From positions 113,385 through 133,384 of the forward strand of contig JAVECO010000047.1 of assembly GCA_051942205.1 (NCBI GenBank): DNA of 20,000 nucleotides, written 5' to 3'. This DNA comes from Coniocarpon cinnabarinum. Taxonomy: Eukaryota. This document shows, piece by piece, positions 10,397-20,000 of the stretch (position 1 is its first letter; every line of letters starts with the position of its first letter). The notes under the pieces are model-generated. The model saw nothing but the letters and a program-made list of their open reading frames with translations. It was not told the origin of the DNA and made no database searches. Both the position numbers and the translations under genes were made by a program.

Positions 10397-10406
10397 TTCT
10401 CTCTTT
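10397..10406 (-). other. Polypurine tract of element 1
   Basis: Minus-strand AAAGAGAGAA lies 3 nt from the LTR. Confidence 0.7.
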
Positions 10407-10493
10407 AAGGTCTAATTATCTTAATAACCTTTAATTATTTAAAACCTTTATTATTATTATTATTTTTAACTTATTTTATTTTTTCTAGTAAGT

Positions 10494-11105
10494 ATAGCTT
10501 CTTATTTATTATCTTAGTAGGTTACTAATAAGAAAGCTTATAGTTAACTTATTAAAGCTCTTAGGTTTTCTATAATACCTAGTTATACTAATTATTAAAA
10601 GAGTAGTAAGGTATATATTACTACCTTTAGCTATAATATATATAGTTAGTATATATATAATAGTTAGAAGTATTAATTATAGTTTAGCTCTAAAGATTGT
10701 ATATTAATTTATTAGTAATATGCTTATTCTTCTATTAACTTTTATTAAGTAGATTAATCTATTAAATAAAGAATTTAACGTTATTATACTACTAAAGAGA
10801 AGGCTAAATAATAGTAGTCTAAAAAGTTAAAAAGTCTAGTTATATATATAGAAAAAGCTTATATTCTAAAGATAGAATAGTAAAAGAGATAGAATAATTA
10901 TTAATTATTAAAGAGTAATATAGTAAATATATTAAAGTAGAATTATTTAAATAATAATATTAAAAAAGCTGCTTTAAATAGAATTATAGCTAGTAATAAG
11001 AGTTTATTAGTTATTCTATTAGGTAAAGATTTTCCTTCTTCTAGTCCTAATATAGAGTAGGATACCTTTTTTAATACATATTTAGTACGTTCTAGTAATT
11101 TATAA
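10494..11105 (+). pseudogene. RIPed antisense ORF in element 1 encoding a Zn(II)2Cys6-like motif plus coiled coil
   Basis: In-frame TAT codons at 10584, 10593, 10614, 10641, 10650 and 10671 give C-x2-C-x6-C-x8-C-x2-C-x6-C if TAT was TGT. Candidate start ATA(ATG)-GCT-TCT at 10494. The 3' end is approximate. Confidence 0.6.
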
Positions 11106-14100
11106 GGTTCCTAGTAGGTTCCTAGGTATTTTTATTATCTTTATATCTCTTCTATTTAACTAGATATTATGTTTGCTTTTATTATATTTAGCTAGATAGT
11201 ATTACTTTAACCTTATATTCTAGTTTTTAGTTGTCTTTATTAATAACTAGGTTTAGTTATTTAGATTTGTTACTATAAGCTAGTTTAAGAAGTATAATAT
11301 AGAATACTAGGTATATTTTTATTTATAGTAGTAATTTAAGTTTAAAATTAACTGCTCTAATTTGTTTAAGAATCTTAAATAGTCTAGTTTTTGTATAGTC
11401 TAGTTTTTTACTTAGTCTCTAAGTCTTAATATTTTTTATAAGTAGGTATGCTCTACCCTCTTCTCTAAAATCTAATAGTATTAAAGTAAATTTTATAAAT
11501 TTAAAAGTTTTAGATTATAAAAATTAAATATTATCTTAAAGCTAGTATTAGATCTATTTTGTCTTATCTATAAATTATATTGCTTCTTAATTTTTTATTG
11601 TATATAGGATTATTCTTCTAAATAGTAGTTAGAATCTATATAGTAATTTAAATAGTAAGAACTAAGTTATTTTATTTCTTAATATATTGTATACTAACAT
11701 TATAATAGGTAGAAGATCTACTTAGTTGTTTTAATTATAATTTATAAATATTTATAAATATTATTCTAGTATTTAGTTAATTTATTTAGTCTATCTATCT
11801 ATTTAAGAATAGTATACTATTAATATCTAGTAAGTAATTCCTAGTAATCTTATAATACCTTACTAAAATTTAGAGATAAATTTCTAATCTCTATTAAAAA
11901 TAATTTTTTCTAGTATTTTATAGATAGTCTAAATATAAGCGATAATTCTTTTAACTATTTATTCTATAGTTAAACCTTTATATATAGGTAAAAAATATAT
12001 AAATTTAGTAAGTTTGTCTATAGTAATATAGATAGTATTATATTTTCCTTAACCTATAAAATTTAATTTTAGTAATTTAGTAATAAAGTTTAGTATTACT
12101 ATATACTAGGGTCTTAGTAGTATCTCTATATGCTATAGTTCTCTATATAGTAAATGTTATAAATATTTTATTCTTATATAGATATCGTATTTTTAAATAT
12201 AGTTATTAATTTATTGTCTTATTCTTAGAAAGTAATATATTCTTATAATTTGTTTAAGTGTACGCTTAATACTAGGGTAGCCGTAGGTTAGTAAGTTATA
12301 GAAATTAGAGATAGCCTAGGTTGTTAGTTTTCTAGGAACATAGATTCTACCCTAAAACTTATAATATCTATAATCTATTTTAATTAATAATATATTCTAG
12401 TTTTTAACTATATTTTTAATTTAGTAAATTTCTAAATTATTTAGGATTTCCTACTTAATTACCTAAAGTATATAATCTAGTTTAATAGTACTTACTCTAA
12501 GCTGTATAAGTTTATATTACCTATAATATATTATATTTCCTTATTTTTTAAATATAGCGTAATTTAGTTCTTAATTATCTTTTATATAGTCTAGTCTTTT
12601 ACTAAGAGTATCTACTTATATATTTTTAGATCCTTTCTTATAATTAATTTTTAGATTATAAGGTAATAAAATCTTAACTTAATAGCCTTATTATTAGTTA
12701 AGCCTTTTTATTATTATAAAATAGGTAAGATTTAGATAGTTAGTATAGACCTATATAGTATATTTTATACCTTTAAAGTAGTGTCTTTATTATTTGTATA
12801 ATATAATAATAGCCTAAAGCTTCTTATTATATACATTGTACCTAACTTTTATTAGTAAGAGCTTTTATAAATAGAATACTACTAGTTATAGTCTTTCTTA
12901 ATATAGTTAACTAATACTAGCTCTAATAGTAAAGTTACTTAAGTTAGTTTTTAGAGTAATTAGTAGATTAGGATTAAATACTATAAGTACTATGCCTATT
13001 TTAAAGCTTTTCTTAATTCTATTAAAAGTATTCTTCTCTATTTCTATCTATTTCTAAGGTTTATCTAATTTAGTTAGTTTTATTAATAGTAAAATAATCT
13101 TTAAATAATTCTTAATCTAGTATTAATAGAAATTAGTAAAGCCTAAGAACTATTAAACTTTCTTAACTAATTTTAATTCTAGCTAGTTAATAACTACTTA
13201 AACTTTTAACTCTTCTATTTTAAATCTATTAGCTATAATTATAAATCTTAAAAATTTAACTAAATCTTTATAGAATTTATACTTATTAGGGTTAAGCTAA
13301 AGATTAGCTTTAGCTAAATATTCTAATATCTTTTAAACGTACATTTTATATTCTTAAAGTATTTTTAAATAAATTAGTATATTATCTATATATATATAAT
13401 AAAATATACCTAAGTATTACCTTAATATATTATTAATAAACTTCTAAAATATTGCTAAAGCGTTTATTAGGCTAAAAGGCATAACTTACTATTTATAGAG
13501 TTCTATATTAGTCCTTATAGTAGTAAGCTATTAGCACCTTTTATCTATTTAGATTTTATTATATACTAAAATAATATTAAGTAATATAAATATTTTTATA
13601 CTATAGAGATTATCTTAGATCTTATTAGTAAGCAGTAGTAGTAATTAGTCTTTAACTATCTTATTATTAAGTAATTAATAATTAATATATATCTATAGCT
13701 TACTATTCTTTTTTAGTATAAAGAGTATTAGTAAGGTAGCTAGTAATAATAATTTAATAATATACCTCTTTACTAGAAGTATTATAATCTACTTCCTTTA
13801 TACTTCTTTTTCTTTTTCTAAAAGTAAGTAGATTAGTTTAAATATTAGTTATTAATCTAGTAGTAAAGGTATTAAATAATCCTATAGTTAGTATTTTAGG
13901 AGAGTAGAGGCTAGCTCCTTTTTCTTAAATAGATAGTAGAATTAGCTATATTTCTTTAGTATCTTCTTTACCTTTAGAGTACTTATATAAGATTATTAGC
14001 CTTAACTTAACTTATAAGTTATATATAATATAACTCTAAAAGTTAGACTAATATTCTCTTTTAGGTTATTATATTATTAGAGTTTAGTAGTATAGGCTAT

Positions 14101-14580
14101 TATAACTTTTTTATTACGCTCCTTATTCTCTATCTCTATTTAAGCCCTTAGAGTATCTATTCTATAGAATAATATATATTCTTATAAGTAATTATACCTT
14201 ATAAATAGGACCTTTTTAGTAGCTTAATTTATATTAGGGTTGTATTATATAATCTAGGGTTATTCTAGTACTACTAGGTTTTATCTAATATTTATAATAT
14301 TAAAGGTAATATCTTTCTTATAATTTTATATTTTTATATTTATTAAAAAAGTTTTTATATTAACTAATCTATTATTATAGTTAATAGGGTTACTATCTAC
14401 TATATCTAAGTAGTATATATAGTATTTTTTTTGTATTTATAATCTATAATATTTAATATATTATATTAATATAAAGTTCCTAAATATGCTAAAGTTAAGA
14501 AGTACTTAAATAATTCTACTATTTAATTAGATAATAATAGTTAATATGTTTAGATTAAATAATCCTACTATTATAATATC
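11000..14580 (-). pseudogene. RIPed pol of element 1 (protease, RT, RNase H, integrase, chromodomain)
   Basis: One frame. Protease VLLNFSI (=ALLDSGA, ~14485-14505). RT VMPFSLINALAIF* and YIDNILIY (YIDN at 13381-13392). RNase H YNKKL*AII and VYTNYLNL (~12725-12840). Integrase HHCC YNLLTYGYPSIKRT..KYDIY (~12178-12300), *IDR*TK*IN* (=QTDGQTERINQ) and GPF region ~11380. Chromodomain EYKVKVIL..YLVK*KRY..NT*EP..NL (~11100-11220). Ends are approximate. Confidence 0.95.
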
Positions 14581-14639
14581 TAGGTTTAGCCTCTCTTTTT
14601 CTTATTTATATATTAAGAATAAAAAAGGGCTTATCTAGT

Positions 14640-16973
14640 TTTTTAAGTGTATAATTAAATTAAACTATTAAAAAGGCGCTACTTACCTTTAAGCTATCCT
14701 AAAAAAGATATTAATAGGTAAATTTTAGTTAGCTTAAGTTAATATTAGATTTCTTCTTATTTTAAGATAGTAATTTTCTAACTATCTAAAGTTATAATTT
14801 AATATATTAATAGGCTAATATATATTAGGCTATTTATATTATACTTATATTTTAGCTAGAATATACTAATTATATAGTTAACAAGATTTTATAGGCGTTT
14901 TTTAATATACTTCTAAAAATTATCTAGTTTATACTTTACGCTTTACTTATCTTTATAAAAGGTAATAGTATAAAGTCTCTAAAGTATACTAGTCTAATAT
15001 TATTTTATAATATTATGCTCTATTATATACTTACTTTTAGAGCTAGAGTATCTATTATAGTTACTAGCTTTTAATCTAGTATCGTCTACTTAAAGTTCTT
15101 AGTATAGCGCTTTAGATTTAAGCTAACTAAGTGCTTAAGATTTATTATATAATAAGTTACCTATTTAATCTTAAGACTTAGGTAGAAAGGGTATTAAGGT
15201 GCGTTTAATTACTACTAAGGTATACTTTTAAGGATATTATAAGAACTATCCTATACCTTATTTGTCTAAGATATAAATATTATATTTATTATTATAGTAT
15301 TCTATTTAAGATATTATTTTGTATAATAGATGCTTTAGGTTATATAGGTTATCTATTATTTTAAGTTGTTTATATGCTAGGAACTATACCTTTATAGGTT
15401 TCTAGGCTAGTTTATTCTATATATGTTGTATATCTTATGTAGTTTCCTAGGATTGTATTTTATTCTACTAGTTATTTTATGTATAAAATTATATTTAAAA
15501 GATGTTCTATTTTAGTTTAGATAGGAGTTAGATATAATTATACTATCTACTTATAACTTTAGGTAGTAATCTAATACTTTCTAGTATAGGTTCCTTTAGG
15601 TAGTTTAGATCTTTCTAAGTATCTATAATACTATTTATTTTCTATTCTAAATATCCTGTTTCTAAGGGGTAGTCCTAATCCTAGTCTAGCGTATAATTGT
15701 CTACTAAATCCTAAGAAATAAGGAATTTAACTTTCTAGTTTAGACATTTCTTTTTATTTTATTTTATATTATTGTCTATAGTTAGTAAATAGGGTTATTT
15801 TTTAATTATGTTTAGTAATTTATTTAGAAAATCTTATTCTTACTATTATCTAAGGTAATCTTAAAGTTCTTTAATATTCTATTAATTCTATTCTATTTGT
15901 TTATATATTCTCTATATTTTTTATAGGTTTATTTTATAGTTTATAAATAAGTCTATTACTATTCTAACAATTTTTAGAGTCTAGATAAAAAGAGTAAGGC
16001 TACTTATAACTTTAGATTTAACTATAGCTAGTACCTCTTCTTTTATTAAATTAAGTTATAAATTAAGTATATAGATCTATTATTAAGGCTTTTTTAATTA
16101 GTTAATTTTATTAGTAAATTTCTTTTATTAGTATTAATTAACTTAGTATCCTAGTTTACTATAGTAGAGGCAAAGTTTATTTTTTATCTAATATTTATGT
16201 TCTTATTATATAAGTTTTTTATAAGGCTTAAGTTCTATATACTTAATTTTCTATATTAGGTCTCTATAGTTCTTATATTAGCCCTAAAACCCTCTAAAGA
16301 ACTTGTTACCTTTCTTCTTAAGTTATTATTTATAATTTTGCTAATTAATAAGTTATGCCTTTTCTATTATATCCTTAAGGTTATTAAATTTAGTAAGATT
16401 ATTAATCTTTTCCTTAATATAGTTCTTAAGACTATTATAGAATATATCTATAAGTAGTTTTTTATTCTATCTAGTCTTTATAGAATACTAAAGGTATTTA
16501 GCTATATATTTAGTAACTAATTCTATTTATTAGAGATACTTAATCTTTTATATAGTAGTATATCTAATATCCTAATCTTTATAAATTTTATTAAGTTTCT
16601 TCTTAAAATACGTATAACTACTAAAGTAGTTATTTATTTCTAAAAGACAAGTATAGGTATTTTTATATAAGTAGTCTTTTATATAGAAATTAAACTACTT
16701 AGCTATATCTTTTTCTAAATAAGAAGCTATAAAGAGAACCTTAATAGGTTTATTTAGAAAATCTTCTTTATTAACCTTAAATATAGATTTAAGCTTAATA
16801 AAAAAGAATATTAGTTTATTCTAGTTACTATTAAAGGTATCTTTTATCTTAATATTAGCTTTAGATATATTACCTACTACTAATATTATTACTATAGTTA
16901 CTTAGTTAATCTACCTATTCTCTAAGGACTAAGTTTAGGGATAGCGTAAGGTTAGTCCTAATATAATAGACAT
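14640..16973 (-). pseudogene. RIPed, unusually long gag of element 1
   Basis: ATG at 16973, then DTFNSN*NKL..F and KVLFIASYLEKDIAK*F (capsid-like). CCHC knuckle CLYYSKLGY*VN*Y (=CLYCGKPGHQVNQC) at 16131-16172. The same frame keeps reading as protein to ~14700, one base out of frame with pol. The 3' end is approximate. Confidence 0.8.
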
Positions 16974-17016
16974 CTTAATTATAATAGAACTTAGTCTTTT
17001 CTAGAGTTTACTAAAG

Positions 17017-17447
17017 TATTACGTAAAGTTAAGGTAATCTCTCTATAGCTTCCTATTACAATATAGTTAGAAAGAGAGCTAGAGGTTCTAAAGCTAAAGG
17101 ACTTACTACTAAGTCTTATTTAAATTAAAAATAAGAGGTTTTAGTAAAGTATAAAGCTTATAACTTATTAATTATAAAGTAGATTATATTTAAACTATAA
17201 GTTAGTAGACTACTATTCTATTAAGTAGTCTACTAGTCTAATTATATAGATAATTCTATCTTATATAAATAAGTATAACTAATAAAGCCTTTTATTTAGA
17301 TAGCCTTTTTACTAGCCTATTAAGACTCTAGGCTTTAGAGGCGTAGGGCCTATCTTTTGCCTTATTCTAATATTATAGCGTATAGGCCCTTCTATAATAG
17401 AAACTTTATAAAGGCGTTTTAGCCGTACTTGTATTAGCGCTATAACA
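17017..17447 (-). repeat. 5' LTR of element 1 (431 bp)
   Basis: TATTACGT...GCGCTATAACA; aligns with 9983-10393 apart from a 20-bp indel at 17215-17234. Confidence 0.92.
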
Positions 17448-19364
17448 TACTAGTAAGATAATTAGGTATTACTTTTGCTACTTATATAATTTATATATAA
17501 CTTTAGTTATTTACAATCTACTAAAAAATCTTTATTTTTTACAAACTATAGATTAAACCTAGAACTTATATATAGATTAATTATTAAAATAAACTTAGTA
17601 GCTTAAGCTAAGATTTTATATAAATAACTATAAGATTTGTATTATACTTTATAAATTAAGTATAATTACTTATAATATAAAATAACTTACTATACTAATA
17701 AATATAGATTTAAAAGTCTAGATCTAAAAAAGAGAAATACTATCTATCTATAAAAAAAATATTAAAATAAAATAGCTAAGCAATAAATTAGACTTTATAA
17801 AGCTTAAATTTTTTAGAATTTTAAAAAAAACTTAGACCTATAATATATAAATTATAGCTACTAAATACTATAAAAATATATTCTATATTTTATGTCTTAT
17901 TACTAAAACCTACTATAAATTAAAAAACAATTAAACTAGTATTAATTTATAAAAATTTATAGAACCTTAAATATAAGGTTAAATCTATACTTAACTACTA
18001 GTAAATATAAAAAAAGTATAAATATCTTATTAAATAAAAAAAATATAATAAAATAAAATATATAGAAACTAATTAAAAACCTAACCTATTACTAGAAGAC
18101 GTTATACTATTATTAATAATAGTATCTAACCTAGTAACGCTAATACTTTTAAAGATAAACTTAAATCTACTAAGTAACTTTTATAATATACCCTATAACA
18201 CTAGATTTTTTTTATTTTTAAGTATTTAGTCTTAACGCACTATATCTATATTTAACTTTTTAAAGTTATTATATTTATTCTTTATATTATTTATTAAGAG
18301 TATTATTTTTAATCTTTTATAATTATAACGCTTTTTTATATTATATTTAGCCTTCTTAGTCTTCTAAACTTTTTTATTAAATTCTTTATAGTAATCTTAA
18401 GTAAAATTAATTATAACTAGTTAGTAACTATCTAAAGAATAGATAGGCGCCTTATAGACTATTCTTAGTTATAATCCTTATATTATACTAGACCTTAGCC
18501 TTCTTATAGTTTTTATAGAACGCTTTACTAAAAATAAGCTAGTAGGTCGCGCCTTAACCTAAGTAGACACTATAAAAAGATATAGTAAAAAAAATAGGTT
18601 TACTAAGCTACTTAAAATATTTAATAGTATAATTAAGGTATTTAAAAAGTATAGTTATCTAAAGTAAGAATTTAACTTTAGATTTTAATTTTAATATACT
18701 AGCTTATATAATACTATTAGTAGTATTCTTATAAAAAGATATAATAACTTATATTTAGAAGATATAGAAGGTTATAGCTATTTATATTTTATGCTATAGT
18801 TATTTAAAATAAACAACCTATAAAAAAGCTAATATTATACTATACCTAATATAGAATAAAAGGTTATATATATATATATACTACTATACTAATATATTAG
18901 ACCCTAATATATTTTAATACATCTACTCTTAGAGCCTCTTATATATATAGATACGTAACTTTAAAAAAAAAAAAAACTCTCTAGATATTAGGCCCCCTAT
19001 TATTCTTAGAGCTATAGTATAAAGGCTTATATCTTAGTTTATATAGTCTAATAATAAGCCTACTTCTTTTTTAGGCTTAATATTATTTAAATTTAAAATT
19101 AACCTAACTTATAAGTTATAAACTACTAAACTAATTACTTACTAGTTTATAGTATACCTTACTTTTTTAGATAGTACTACTATTATTAAATAAAGTAACC
19201 TTTACTATAATAGTACGCTAGTTACTTTTTCTTATAGCTTTTACTATCTTTGTTTCTTTATATTATTCTCTATTATATTCTTCTATAGCAAAGGTTCCTA
19301 TCTCTAGAATAGCCCTACACCTTCTTAGATACTTAAGAATAGAGCTCTTTATAGAAGCGTTACA
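17448..19364 (+). mobile_element. 3' part of a second RIPed chromovirus (element 2): integrase C-terminus, chromodomain, antisense ORF, probable 3' LTR
   Basis: From 17448: Y**DN*VLLLLLI*FIYN (=YQQDNWVSLLPLAQFAYN), STKKSLFFTNYR, a KLDF..GPF-like segment, and chromodomain KYKVKSILN..YLIK*KKY..I*KLIKNL (~17969-18083). It ends at an LTR-type terminus GCGTTACA (19364), where a different element begins. The LTR start is unresolved (possibly TATTAGG at 18986). Confidence 0.85.
18200..18583 (-). pseudogene. RIPed antisense ORF in element 2 encoding a Zn(II)2Cys6-like motif plus coiled coil
   Basis: ATA(ATG)-TCT-TTT at 18583, then TAT/TAC codons starting at 18574, 18565, 18544, 18517, 18508 and 18487 (literal YSVYLG*GATY*LIFSKAFYKNYKKAKV*Y), giving C-x2-C-x6-C-x8-C-x2-C-x6-C after de-RIP. 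The 3' end is approximate. Confidence 0.65.
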
Positions 19365-20000
19365 ATAGTCTAATTTAGAATTAGCTAAAAGCAGTAATAA
19401 TACTAATTTATTATATAGTTAATACTACTTTATCTTTATTTATTAGTAAATATTATAAGTATTAATATATTTTTTAATATAATTATTTATTTTAAATTAT
19501 ATATACTTATATTTAAGTATATTAAGTATTTTTTTAATACTATAATATTTTACTACTAAATTATTATAGTTTTAAAATATAATCTTATCTTTTAAAACTT
19601 TATAATCTAGAATTTAGATCTAATTCTACTATTTAAGTAGTTTTTAGTTATTAATAAACTATTAAGTATAATTTAGGTTCTTTTTAGGCTCTACTTATAT
19701 TTTTACTATTCTAGAATTTTTAAAATATAACTCTTTATTATTTTTAGTAGGCTTAAAAGTAGATTTTATATTTTTTAATATACTACTATTTTTTAGTTAA
19801 AAGCTATTTATAATACGCTTACTACTAATTTAGAAAGCTATACTATTAGTACCTTTTTTAATTATTTAGATAAAACTATAATATTTATAAAAATCCTAGA
19901 TCTTTTTATTTTTTTTAAGGCTTTAGTTATAACTATACCTAACTTAGTATATAGTTAATACTTATTTTTATTTATTACTAATAACTTTAATATCTTTTAC
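19365..20000 (-). mobile_element. Fragment of a third RIPed Ty3/gypsy pol (RNase H-integrase linker and integrase HHCC zinc finger)
   Basis: Minus strand: LLK**N*I*IL..YNNLVVKYYSIKKILN (=HDDPAAGHYGIEKT)..YINTYNIY** (=TCDICQR)..K*Y*LYNKL (=RHQPYGKL) at ~19385-19640. It is interrupted at 19364 and continues off the window. Confidence 0.85.

Larger units (their letters stand above)
9983..17447 (-). mobile_element. Full-length RIP-inactivated Ty3/gypsy chromovirus LTR retrotransposon (element 1, ~7.5 kb)
   Basis: Two direct LTRs and minus-strand domain order gag-CCHC-PR-RT-RH-IN-chromodomain, with a PPT next to the left LTR. Confidence 0.95.
9340..20000. other. RIP-degenerated AT-rich repeat block (probable heterochromatin)
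   Basis: Abrupt loss of GC, near absence of CpA/TpG, excess TpA and no ORFs in the track. The LTR pair differs by C/T and G/A transitions. Conserved codons are converted (TGG>TAG/TAA, CAA>TAA, TGT>TAT, GAT>AAT). Confidence 0.95.

Noticed and set aside
14588..14706. Candidate -1 frameshift sites (AAAAAAC-TAG at 14635-14644 with a downstream stem-loop; TTTTTTA near 14700)
   Set aside because: Gag and pol frames fit a -1 shift, but the AAAAAAC site is in the wrong phase as the sequence stands, and RIP creates such runs. The site cannot be assigned.
18420..18481. Intron in element 2's antisense ORF (TACTAAC at 18420-18426, minus strand)
   Set aside because: The unspliced frame already reads plausibly and I found no donor/acceptor pair with consistent phase.
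18963..18976. A14 run as a LINE/SINE poly(A) tail
   Set aside because: No non-LTR element or TSD is visible. It may be a RIP-converted purine tract of element 2.
9340..20000. AT-rich block as organellar insertion, alternative genetic code DNA or CRISPR-like array
   Set aside because: The transition pattern and Ty3/gypsy motifs explain nearly all of it, and there are no regularly spaced repeats.

Overview
Ascomycete (filamentous fungal) genomic DNA in two compartments. Bases 1 to ~9330 are GC-balanced and genic. They carry a tandem array of three minus-strand paralogous genes of an unrecognised family (W/H/aromatic-rich repeat module plus a shared helical C-terminal domain), followed by a J-domain gene resembling cwc23/cwf23. 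Bases ~9340-20000 are an AT-rich, TpA-saturated block with the signature of repeat-induced point mutation (RIP), built from nested Ty3/gypsy relics: a complete two-LTR chromovirus (9983-17447, minus strand), the 3' part of a second chromovirus (17448-19364, plus strand) and an integrase fragment of a third element (19365-20000, minus strand). The most notable observation is that both chromoviruses, once RIP is reversed by hand, carry an extra antisense ORF between pol and the 3' LTR. Each encodes a Zn(II)2Cys6-type motif with identical C-x2-C-x6-C-x8-C-x2-C-x6-C spacing followed by a coiled-coil-like tract. All translations in the AT-rich block are manual, and 'de-RIP' readings are inferences.
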